This document shows positions 22,870 through 31,596 of a stretch of DNA of 64,000 bases, in pieces. The stretch is from positions 704,001-768,000 of the forward strand of contig CAWDXG010000004.1 of assembly GCA_963806225.1 (NCBI GenBank), written 5' to 3'. Positions within the stretch are counted from its first letter, which is position 1. Each line of letters starts with the position of its first letter. Origin of the DNA: an uncultured delta proteobacterium. Lineage in GTDB: Bacteria; Myxococcota_A; Polyangia; Polyangiales; Polyangiaceae. The notes under the pieces are model-generated. The model saw only the letters and a list, made by a program, of their open reading frames with translations. It did no database searches and was not told where the DNA came from. The translations under genes and the position numbers were made by a program.

Positions 22870-24288
22870 TCAGTTGCAGTCGAACAGTTCCCCATCGACA
22901 ATCGACTCGCTCGTATCCGTGTTGTACTCGTTCCAGACGACGAACACGCTGTTTCCGATGGCGCCTACAGCTACGTCCCGATACTTGATCGACGTGCTGC
23001 TCGACTGCTTCACGACCTGGTGAAGAGCGAGCGGCGTTCCATCAGCCGCGAACACGCTGAAAGCGACCTCGTCTCCCCCGAAGGTGCTTTCCGCGAGCAA
23101 GGTTCGATTCGTGACGTGCGCCGGCTTTCCCGCCAAGCGGATCGCCGGTTGCGAATTGACCGACGCGATGTGCAGCATGTTGGGTGGCGGGACGTTGTCG
23201 AGGGTGGCTAGATCCGAAACCGTCCCCGCGTACAGGTCCAACGGGAAGCCGAAGCCAGCGTCGGGGTCGAAACGCACACTGTAGAGAATGATCGATGTGC
23301 CGCTGGTGCTTTCCCAGGCGGCCAGTGGCCACGACCCGCCGTTCGCACCGAATTGGATCTTCTTCGACTTCGTGAGCGAAGCGGAGCCAAAACTTCCGTA
23401 GAAAACGACCCCCTCGCCCGGAGCTTCGCCCGTGACGAGGACGTACTGGGCGTGCGACAGCGCGAAGCTGGTCACCTCGTACGACCCGTCGAGCGCCTGG
23501 TTCGTCCCAATGGGGTTCCCGTCGACGTACAGATCCATCCCTCCGCTTCCACCGTCGGCATCCTCGACGCACGACATCGCCGAGTGGCGCTGGCCGCTGG
23601 AGTCGTAGATGTAGAACGCTCTCTGGATTGTGGCGCAGGGCGCAGGCACCGGGGCAAAATCCACCGTCGGGGCCGTCCAGTCGATCGGGGACTGGAGCGA
23701 AAAAGAGAGGTCGACCTGTCCCCACCCCGAGTTGTAGTAGTTGCCGTAGCCCGTCACGTGCAGCGTGTTGCCCACGATCTGGGCGCCGGTCACGTGAATG
23801 TCCGGCTGGATGTCCGCGAATTCTGCGAGTCGGCTCGAGCCGGACTGGTCGGTGACGCGCTGGACGAACACGTGGGCTGGGTTCTCGGTGCCCATGACCA
23901 CATACGCTTCGTTGTTGCCGGTCGCGACGAACAGCGAGTTGCTCGCGGTCAGCCCGGTCGTCTGCGTGCCCTTGAGCACGTGGAAGGTCTCGATCCCCGT
24001 GCAGGTCACCTGCGGGCCGGCATCTCCAGCGTCGCCGCCGTCAGGCGCACTGCCGCCGGCGCCGCCGGTCACGCCACCGCTTCCCCCCGCCGCGCCAACT
24101 CCGCCGCTGCCTCCGGTCGCGCCGCCGCTGCCCCCCGTGCCGGCCGAGCCGCCGCTCGCCGATGCATCCGTCTTCTGGTCGGCAAAGTCGCCGAGGCCGA
24201 GCAGACTACCGCAGCCGGGGGCGACGACCATGGCGGCGACCAGCGCGGCGGACGTGATGCCGAACGCCGCACCCCGCGAGGAGCGCAT
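22870..24288 (-). CDS. Secreted lipoprotein with Gly-rich linker and beta-rich C-terminal domain, function unknown
   Basis: Signal peptide ending APG-C; GGSGG linker and DAGDAG; ATG overlaps the upstream stop (TGATG). Confidence 0.7.
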   Translation of the reverse strand: MRSSRGAAFGITSAALVAAMVVAPGCGSLLGLGDFADQKTDASASGGSAGTGGSGGATGGSGGVGAAGGSGGVTGGAGGSAPDGGDAGDAGPQVTCTGIETFHVLKGTQTTGLTASNSLFVATGNNEAYVVMGTENPAHVFVQRVTDQSGSSRLAEFADIQPDIHVTGAQIVGNTLHVTGYGNYYNSGWGQVDLSFSLQSPIDWTAPTVDFAPVPAPCATIQRAFYIYDSSGQRHSAMSCVEDADGGSGGMDLYVDGNPIGTNQALDGSYEVTSFALSHAQYVLVTGEAPGEGVVFYGSFGSASLTKSKKIQFGANGGSWPLAAWESTSGTSIILYSVRFDPDAGFGFPLDLYAGTVSDLATLDNVPPPNMLHIASVNSQPAIRLAGKPAHVTNRTLLAESTFGGDEVAFSVFAADGTPLALHQVVKQSSSTSIKYRDVAVGAIGNSVFVVWNEYNTDTSESIVDGELFDCN

Positions 24289-25334
24289 CAAAAACTCCCC
24301 GCCATGACCACGCCGCCGCCGTGAGGCCCAACCGCGGGCACCAGACGCGCCGTCGCCGAACCCGGCGGATGCTCCTTTGACGGCTTCGCAGTGAGCACCA
24401 GCACGGTGCCCGCCACGAGCGCGGCCGCGCCGACGCCGAAGCCGATGGTGGAGACGAGTGCCTTGGTCTTCGCGGAATCGATCTCCTTGCGCCCGGCGGG
24501 CGTGCAGACCTTGTCCGGGCAAAGCGTCTTGTCGCTCTTGGCGCTGCTGGCCTGCGAGGACGCCATGAGACCGAACACGGCGCCCACGCCGATCGAGGCG
24601 ATGCCGACGCCGCCCACGACGAATCCAATAGTCTTCATGGATCCGCCGCCGGTTCCCTGGTCACCGCCCGGAGGAGCGCCGGACTGCCCGGGGCTCGTGC
24701 CAGCTCCGCCCGCGGACGCCGCCGGGCTGGAGGCGGCCTGCTCCGGCGCCTTCTCCAGCACGGGCAGCTCGACCGTCACCTTGTCGGCTTCGGCGCCGAC
24801 CTGGAACTTCTTCGTGGCGGACTTGTACCCGGGCGCGTCGAGCTGGACGGTGTGATCGCCGGGATCGACCGCCATCGCAACGCCCAGCGACGCGACGCCC
24901 AGCGAGCGGTCGTCGAGCTTCACGGTGAGCCCCGCCGGGGTTTCCGCTGGCTTCTGCAGGGTGACCTTGGAAAGCTTCGGCTCCAGCGCCGCTGCGCGCT
25001 GGTTGGCGAGGTCCTGCTGCTGGCTGCGGCCCTTGTTGATCGCCAGCGCTGCGGCCGCCTTGTAGTCGGCCCAGGCCGTCGCGGTCTTGCCGATCGAGGC
25101 GTAGCATTCGCCCAGGTTGATCAACGTGCCGGGCGACGGGTCCTGCCGCTGGCTTTCCTCGAGCTTGGCTGCGGCTGCGGCGTACTGCTTCTGCTTCATC
25201 AGCGAGCGCCCGGCTTCGAACAGGGACTCGGCAAGCGCCTTGTCGCCCGCGTGGGCTACTCGTGGCGTGAAGACGCTGGCGATCGCCAGCAGCAATACGG
25301 AAACGATCCGGACGGAGGTCCTAGCGGTATTCAT
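24288..25334 (-). CDS. TPR + PEGA-like domain protein with C-terminal hydrophobic hairpin
   Basis: Signal peptide ending VAHA; AESLFEAGR...GTLINLGECY TPR; VDPGDHTVQLDAPGY PEGA-like motif; two Gly-rich hydrophobic segments; ends GVVMAGSF. Confidence 0.8.
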   Translation of the reverse strand: MNTARTSVRIVSVLLLAIASVFTPRVAHAGDKALAESLFEAGRSLMKQKQYAAAAAKLEESQRQDPSPGTLINLGECYASIGKTATAWADYKAAAALAINKGRSQQQDLANQRAAALEPKLSKVTLQKPAETPAGLTVKLDDRSLGVASLGVAMAVDPGDHTVQLDAPGYKSATKKFQVGAEADKVTVELPVLEKAPEQAASSPAASAGGAGTSPGQSGAPPGGDQGTGGGSMKTIGFVVGGVGIASIGVGAVFGLMASSQASSAKSDKTLCPDKVCTPAGRKEIDSAKTKALVSTIGFGVGAAALVAGTVLVLTAKPSKEHPPGSATARLVPAVGPHGGGVVMAGSF

Positions 25335-26746
25335 CGGCACTCTTGGTGGCTGTAGCGGTCGGCTTCGGCTTCGGCTTCGGAGAAACGGGCGAGGCATGAT
25401 TGTGAGTCTGCGAGATGACCTTGCTGACGGCGTGATGCTGCGCGAAAGTTGCGGGCTTCTTGGCGGTTTTTGCCGGTGCGCTGCTCGACGGCGCAGGCGC
25501 GCTCGCCGATAGAGCGTCGCTGGCGGACGCGGCCGGCGCGCTCGCCGTGTCGTCGGCAAGCGCGGCCGACGAGGCCGCGGGCGTCGCCGCGAGGGTGCTC
25601 GAACTGGCAGCGGGATCCGCGCTGCCCTTGTTGTGCAGATGCCAGGCGAATAGGCCTCCCCCCACGACGACGAGGAGCCCAAGGAACGCCACGGCCCCGA
25701 CCGCCAGCCCCAGGCTGCTTGACGGCGGGCGGGTCACCGCCGCCGAGAAGATCCGTGGTCGAACCTGGCGCGGCCGGAGCAGGCTGGCCCGGGCCAGTCT
25801 GCGACAGCGACGGCATGGAAGCGCGGGGGGCGTAGCCCGCCGTGCGCGCGATGCGCTCGACGAGCTGTTGCGAGCGCGCGGGCGCCCAGGGAGCGAGCGC
25901 CAGCACCAGCTCCGCAACCGACTGGTAGCGATCGTTGGGATCGCGCTTGAACGCCTTTTCCACGACCTGCGCGAAATCGTACGGCAGGTCCGGGCGCACC
26001 TCGGCGAGCGGCGTCGGGTCGCCGGTCGCCACCAGCACGCACAGCTGCGGGAACGTGTCGGCGGTAAACGGCTGCCGCCCCGAGAGCATTTCGTAGAGCG
26101 AGACGCCGAGGGCGTAGATATCGGCTCGATGATCGACGGAACGCGCGTCGCGCAGCTGCTCGGGCGACATGTACAGCGCAGAGCCCATCGTCGTCGCCGT
26201 ACGCGTCAGCCCCTGCGAGGACGCATCGATCATCTTCGAGATGCCGAAGTCGAGCACCTTGACCAGCGGGGAGCCGTCGGAATGACGCGCAACGAAGAGA
26301 TTGGCCGGCTTGATGTCGCGATGCACGATGCCGAGCGAGTGCGCTTCCGCGATGGCTTCGGCCGCCTGGATAATGGCATCGACGGCGTCCTCGACCGGGA
26401 GCGTACCGGCAGCGAGCAACTGCTGCTCGATATCGCCGCCTTCCAGGTACTCCATCACCATGTACGGTGAGCCGGTCTCCAGCGTGCCGACGTCCGAGAC
26501 CCTCGCCACGTGCTGGCTCTTGATCCTCACCGCTGCACGTGCCTCGCGCAGGAAGCGCGCCGACGCGTCCGGATGTCGTGCGTATTCGGGCAGCAGGAAC
26601 TTGAGCGCTACGCGCTCTTCGAGCTGGATGTGGCGGGCCTCCACGACGACGCCCATGCCCCCCTGGCCGATCACGGACTCGACCCGGTACTTCCCGGCGA
26701 GCACGGTGCCTGGCGTTACGGGCGGTGCCACCCCGTCGGAAGACAT
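25321..26746 (-). CDS. Transmembrane Ser/Thr protein kinase, interrupted by a +1 frameshift near 25748
   Basis: GQGGMG, HRDIKPAN, DFG, MSPEQ in one frame; TM helix LGLAVGAVAFLGLLVVVGGGLFAW and Ala/Pro/Ser tail in another; removing one A at 25748-25749 gives a continuous 474-aa ORF. Confidence 0.85.
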
Positions 26747-26862
26747 TTCGCCCGCATAATCCCCCACAGAGCCCGGGGTCCGCAACTGCCAAGCTTTCCC
26801 CCCGTCGCACGCTGGCGTTTTCGCTGGCGTCCGGGCCTTCGCCCGCGGCATGCGCGGGGTTC

Positions 26863-28425
26863 TCAGCGCCCGCGAGCGATGCGTTCCGCCACGCGCATGC
26901 CGTCCAGCGCGGCACTGACGATGCCGCCGGCATAGCCCGCGCCCTCCCCCGCCGGGTACAACCCGGCCAGATCGGGTGAGACGAGATGCTCCGGATGGCG
27001 CGGGATGCGCACGGGCGAGCTGGTGCGCGACTCCACGCCGATCAACACCGCTTCGTCCGTGAGGTAGCCGCGCAGGCGCCGATCGAACTCGGGGAGCGCT
27101 CTCCTGAGACGCCCTGGAAGCGCGAGTCCGGCAGAGTCCAGCACCTCGGCAATGTTTCCGGCGGAAAGCCCTGGCAGGTAGCTGGAGGCGGGCACGGTGC
27201 TGGAGCCGCGCCCTGCGAGGAAGTCAAGAACCCGTGTCGCCGGTGCGCGCAGCATCCCGCCGCCGGCGTCGAACGCCGCCTGCTCGAGCCGCCGTTGCAG
27301 CTCCACGCCGCCGAGCGGCCCCGCGAAGCCCGCTCGTTGGAGATCCTCGAGCTCGACAGCAACGACCAGCCCCGAGTTGGCGAACGGCGAGTCACGCTGC
27401 GACAGGCTCATGCCGTTGACCACGAGCCCGCCCGGCTCCGTCGATGCCGGCACCACGAACCCGCCCGGGCACATGCAGAACGAGAACACCCCCCGCTCCT
27501 CGACGGTCGCCGCCAGCCGGTAGGCCGCGTTCGGCAGGCGCGGATGTCCGGCCGCCGCGCCGTACTGGATGCGGTTGATGAGCGGCTGCGGATGCTCGAT
27601 GCGCACGCCCAGCGCAAGTGGCTTGGGTTCAAGCCGTACACCTTGCTCCGCCAACATCGTCAGCACGTCGCGTGCTGAATGCCCGGTCGCCAGTACCACG
27701 TGCTCGGCCTCGATTTCCGTGCCGTCGGCGAGGCGCACGCCGGTGACTGCGCGCCGCGGCGCATCGGTCAACAGAGAGACCACCCGGGCCCCGAACCGGA
27801 ATTCGACGCCGACGCCCTCGAGCCGCTCGCGCAGCGCCGTCACGACTTTCGGGAGCCGGTTGGAGCCGATGTGCGGGCGCGCGTCGACCAGGATGTCCGG
27901 CGGCGCCCCGTGCAGCGCCAACAGCTCGAGCACGTCGCGCACGCTGCCGCGCTTGTGCGCCCGGGTGTAGAGCTTGCCGTCGCTGTACGTCCCCGCTCCG
28001 CCTTCGCCGAAACAATAGTTGCTGTCACCGTCCACCACGCCGCGGCGGTTGAGACCCTTGAGGTCGTGGCGCCGCGGCTGCACGCGCTTGCCGCGGTCGA
28101 GGACGACCGAACCCATGCCGTGGCGCGCGAGCTGGTACGCGCAGAACAGGCCCGCTGGTCCGTCGCCGACGATCACCACGCGCGACGGACGCGACACTTC
28201 GCGCAGCGGTGCGCCTCCGGGCTCTCCTCTCGACGGCTCGAAGCCCAAAAGGAGCTTGAAGCGCACCCTTCCCCTACGCGCGTCGATCGAACGGCGCCGG
28301 ACCTCCACGACCGGCAGCGCGCTCTCCTGCACGCCGAGCGCGCGCGCCGCGCGGCGACGCAGGCTCACCTCGTCGTCGGGTTCGTCGAGCCCGAGCTCGA
28401 GCTCCGTTTCCTCGGGTTCAGGCAT
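26863..28425 (-). CDS. FAD-dependent oxidoreductase (COG2509-like)
   Basis: VGDGPAGLFCA, FGEGGAGTYSDGKL, ATGHSARD, FSFCMCPGG, ESRTSSPVRI, GEGAGYAGGIVSAALDG. Confidence 0.9.
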   Translation of the reverse strand: MPEPEETELELGLDEPDDEVSLRRRAARALGVQESALPVVEVRRRSIDARRGRVRFKLLLGFEPSRGEPGGAPLREVSRPSRVVIVGDGPAGLFCAYQLARHGMGSVVLDRGKRVQPRRHDLKGLNRRGVVDGDSNYCFGEGGAGTYSDGKLYTRAHKRGSVRDVLELLALHGAPPDILVDARPHIGSNRLPKVVTALRERLEGVGVEFRFGARVVSLLTDAPRRAVTGVRLADGTEIEAEHVVLATGHSARDVLTMLAEQGVRLEPKPLALGVRIEHPQPLINRIQYGAAAGHPRLPNAAYRLAATVEERGVFSFCMCPGGFVVPASTEPGGLVVNGMSLSQRDSPFANSGLVVAVELEDLQRAGFAGPLGGVELQRRLEQAAFDAGGGMLRAPATRVLDFLAGRGSSTVPASSYLPGLSAGNIAEVLDSAGLALPGRLRRALPEFDRRLRGYLTDEAVLIGVESRTSSPVRIPRHPEHLVSPDLAGLYPAGEGAGYAGGIVSAALDGMRVAERIARGR

Positions 28426-28528
28426 GGCTGGCGCTACAGCCTAGCGCTGCTGGGCCGTGAGGCATTCCGCATTCGCTGGACGACCCCGGCTTGTCAACCG
28501 CGAAGCAACGCTCCACCGTAGAGCACCC

Positions 28529-29767
28529 ATGGCCCAGCTCGAGTTCTACTATGACTTCTCCTGCCCCTACGCCTACCTCGCCTCCACCCAGATCGAACGG
28601 GTCGCGGAGCGCGCCGGCGCGGAGCTCGTCTACCGGCCGTTCCTGCTCGGGGGTGTCTTCAACGCGCTGGGGCCGGCAGCACCCGATATGGCCCGCATGC
28701 CACCGCCGCGCGCGCGCCTGAACGGTCTCGACATGCACCGCTGGGCGGAGCACTGGCAGGTGCCGCTCAGGATGCCGCCAACGCACCCAAACCGCACAGT
28801 CACCGCCCTGCGCGCCGCGCTCGCCAGCGCCGACCTGCCGCGCGCGAGTCACGCGCTGTTCCGTGCGTACTGGGCGGAGGGCCTCGACTTGTCGGACCCG
28901 GAGGTCGTTCGCGTCACCCTCGACGCCGCAGGACTCGACGGGACACGCCTCGTCGAACGCGCAGGCGATGCAGCGATCAAGAGCGAGCTCCGCGCACGCA
29001 CCGACGAAGCACTGTCGCGCGGCGTGTTCGGCGCGCCCGCGTGTTTCGTCGACGGCGAGCTCTACTGGGGGCAGGACCGGCTCGACCAGGTTGCCCGCGC
29101 GCTCGGGCTCGGACACGACGAGGCACACGCGCTCACGCTCGGCACCCCACCCGCACCCGGTGCCGGCCGCGGGAGGAGCTTCGAGTTCTGGTACGACTTC
29201 TCGAGCCCCTTCGCGTATCTCGCTTCCACACAGGTCGAGGCCCTGGCGGAACGGAGCGGCGCGGATCTCGTGTGGCGGCCGTTCCTGCTCGGGGCATTGT
29301 TCCACGACATCGGCACGCCCGACGTACCGCTGCTGTCGTTTTCCGGGTCGAAGCAACGCTTCCTCCGGAGCGACATGGAGCGCTTTGCGCGCGCCTACGG
29401 CGTGCCGTTCCGGTTCCCCTCGCGCTTCCCGATGCGCACGGTCACGGCGCTGCGCATGGCGCTCGCCGCAGGCGACGACCTGCGCGCCCTGAGCCATGCC
29501 CTGTTCCGCGCCTATTGGGCCGACGACCGCGACATCTCCGATCCGGACGAGCTCCGCGCCATCGCCGAGGGGGCCGGTCTCGAGCCCGCCCTCGTCGATC
29601 GCGCCGCCGAGTACAAACAACCGCTGTTCGCCGCCACCGCACAGGCCAATGCCCGTGGCCTGTGCGGCGCGCCGTCGTTCGTCGTCCAGGACCTCGTCTT
29701 CTGGGGTCAGGACCGGATGACCTTCGTCGAGCACGCGCTCGCAGGCTGGCGACCACGCGTCGGCTAG
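28529..29767 (+). CDS. Tandem two-domain HCCA isomerase / kappa-class GST (DsbA-like fold)
   Basis: Two homologous halves: YYDFSCPYAYLAS...GVFGAP...LYWGQDR and WYDFSSPFAYLAS...GLCGAP...VFWGQDR. Confidence 0.88.
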   Translation: MAQLEFYYDFSCPYAYLASTQIERVAERAGAELVYRPFLLGGVFNALGPAAPDMARMPPPRARLNGLDMHRWAEHWQVPLRMPPTHPNRTVTALRAALASADLPRASHALFRAYWAEGLDLSDPEVVRVTLDAAGLDGTRLVERAGDAAIKSELRARTDEALSRGVFGAPACFVDGELYWGQDRLDQVARALGLGHDEAHALTLGTPPAPGAGRGRSFEFWYDFSSPFAYLASTQVEALAERSGADLVWRPFLLGALFHDIGTPDVPLLSFSGSKQRFLRSDMERFARAYGVPFRFPSRFPMRTVTALRMALAAGDDLRALSHALFRAYWADDRDISDPDELRAIAEGAGLEPALVDRAAEYKQPLFAATAQANARGLCGAPSFVVQDLVFWGQDRMTFVEHALAGWRPRVG

Positions 29768-29847
29768 CCGCAGGCTCTGCTTCAGCGAAACACACCGAGC
29801 CGTCGTAATCCGCGAAACTGGCGCGGCCCGCGTCCCGAAGGGGACCC

Positions 29848-30237
29848 ATGAGCAAGAAGCACAAGACCCAGGATCCGGAGGCCCTATTCGTCCGAGCGCT
29901 CGATCGCATCGCGCGCGACCCGGCGACGCGCCGCGAGCTCCTGTGGGTGCGCGCCATGGAGCGCGGCGACGCCCCCGCCGTGGCGAGCATCGAGCGCGTG
30001 GATCCCGGCGTGGCCGACCGTCTCGAACCGCTCGCCTTGCGCATCCTCGAGTGCGCGCTCCCGCCGGCCGACATCGACGATCCAGGCATCCGCCGCGAGC
30101 TCTATCTGCGCATCCACGACGAGCGCTTCCGGCACCACTGCGCCCGTTTCGCGCGCGAACCGTGCGGCTGCATCGAGTGCACCGGGCTCTCGTTCGCCGA
30201 GCAGGGCGCCCGCGACGCGGGTCTGGCGCTGAACTGA
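29848..30237 (+). CDS. Hypothetical protein with C-terminal His/Cys cluster
   Basis: AAGGGG RBS, GC3-biased codons, HHCARFAREPCGCIEC. Confidence 0.55.
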   Translation: MSKKHKTQDPEALFVRALDRIARDPATRRELLWVRAMERGDAPAVASIERVDPGVADRLEPLALRILECALPPADIDDPGIRRELYLRIHDERFRHHCARFAREPCGCIECTGLSFAEQGARDAGLALN

Positions 30238-30310
30238 GCCGCACGCGCTGGGCCGAGGCCCTGCTCGAGCCGATTGCGCTGCGGCTCCAGCCGTGGTGCG
30301 CTCGCGCGCG

Positions 30311-30826
30311 ATGGCCGGGAAGAAGAAGGGGAAGCGACAAGGCGAAGCGCCGCTGCGCTTCGAGCACGCCGATCTACACGGCGCGGAGCTTGTCGACGTG
30401 AACGCTTCGGGGCTCAGCGTCGATGACGCGCGGATTGCCGGCGCGTCGCTGCACAACGTGGACCTGTCGAAGCTCGTCATCGACGACGCGAAGCTGAGCG
30501 GCGCCAGGCTCAGCAACGTGGATCTGTCGAAGCTCGTCATCGACGACGCGAAGCTGGGCGGCGCCAGGCTCGGTAACGTAGCGCTCGACCGGATGCGGCT
30601 TCGTGATGCCTCGGCGGTGGGGGCGAAGTTCGAGGACGTGGATCTGTCGCGCGCGTCGTTTTCCGACGCGACGCTGCGGGGCGCCCGGTTGGATGACGTG
30701 GATCTGACCGACGTCCGCATCGACAACGCGCGCCTCGACGGTCTCGTCATCAACGGCGTGCGCATCGACAAGCTGCTCGCCGGAAAGCCGGCGAAGAAGA
30801 AGCGCAAGCGCAAGCGCAAGCAGTAG
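30311..30826 (+). CDS. Pentapeptide-repeat protein with basic termini
   Basis: ADLHG/AELVD/AKLSG/ARLSN/VDLSK repeats; KKKGKR and KKKRKRKRKQ ends. Confidence 0.85.
   Translation: MAGKKKGKRQGEAPLRFEHADLHGAELVDVNASGLSVDDARIAGASLHNVDLSKLVIDDAKLSGARLSNVDLSKLVIDDAKLGGARLGNVALDRMRLRDASAVGAKFEDVDLSRASFSDATLRGARLDDVDLTDVRIDNARLDGLVINGVRIDKLLAGKPAKKKRKRKRKQ
30455..30574 (+). repeat. Two near-identical 60-bp tandem repeats inside the pentapeptide gene
   Basis: AACGTGGA(C/T)CTGTCGAAGCTCGTCATCGACGACGCGAAGCTG(A/G)GCGGCGCCAGGCTC... at 30455 and 30515. Confidence 0.9.
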
Positions 30827-30842
30827 CGCGGGCGGAGCGCCG

Positions 30843-31553
30843 CTATTTGGAGGGATGAAGCGGAGCGAACCCTTCGTCGAAGCCCGCGCTGCGCGAGACT
30901 GCGATCACGCCACGATTCGGCGGTAGAAACCACATCAGCGACTGCAGCGCCATCTGGAACGAGGACTCGTCGGGAAAGTCCTCGGGGTGGAGGTTGAACA
31001 CGAGGTTGCGCGAAGGGCGCGCGGCGGGGTCGACCATGACCAGCACCTGCGGCTCGGCGATACCGACAACGCGCTGCAGATACTTCGCGACCACCCGCCG
31101 CGCATACTCCGGGAACATGCGGTCGTTCGGCTGCCCCACCATGATCTGGCGATCCTCGGCGATCTGCTCCGGTCCTCCCCCTTCTCCGGGCTCGTCCTCC
31201 GGATCGCCGTGCAGACTCTGGTACTCGCGGAGCGACCACAGTTGACCGTAGTGGAACACCCACGCAGCGGCGCCCTCGGCGTCCGGATCGATGACGATGC
31301 CGTAGCCGTTTTCCGTGGCGTCCTGTGCGATGGCCGGCACGCTGGTCAGCTTCGCAGCGTCCGCCCCCGGTCCTCTGCTCCTGAGCACACGGTAGGCGAA
31401 GCCGTCCGGCCCCTGCATCAGCTCACCAGGTTCGACCGGCGCTCGCAGCACCGCTTCGTCGAAGCGCTCCTGCCACGCCGCGTCGCGCGCCTCGCGGGGC
31501 ACTTCGAGGAGTTGTCGCAGCGCCTCGCCCGCATCGGCATCGATTCGGATCAT
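30843..31553 (-). CDS. Conserved-looking hypothetical protein (possibly SseB-C-like)
   Basis: Protein-like composition (QGPDGFAY, WVFHYGQLWS, MVGQPNDRMFPEYAR, LMWFLP); family not securely recognised. Confidence 0.6.
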   Translation of the reverse strand: MIRIDADAGEALRQLLEVPREARDAAWQERFDEAVLRAPVEPGELMQGPDGFAYRVLRSRGPGADAAKLTSVPAIAQDATENGYGIVIDPDAEGAAAWVFHYGQLWSLREYQSLHGDPEDEPGEGGGPEQIAEDRQIMVGQPNDRMFPEYARRVVAKYLQRVVGIAEPQVLVMVDPAARPSRNLVFNLHPEDFPDESSFQMALQSLMWFLPPNRGVIAVSRSAGFDEGFAPLHPSK

Positions 31554-31596
31554 GCCCGCGAGTAGAGCACCCGCGCCGGCGCTGGCAAAGCGGCGC

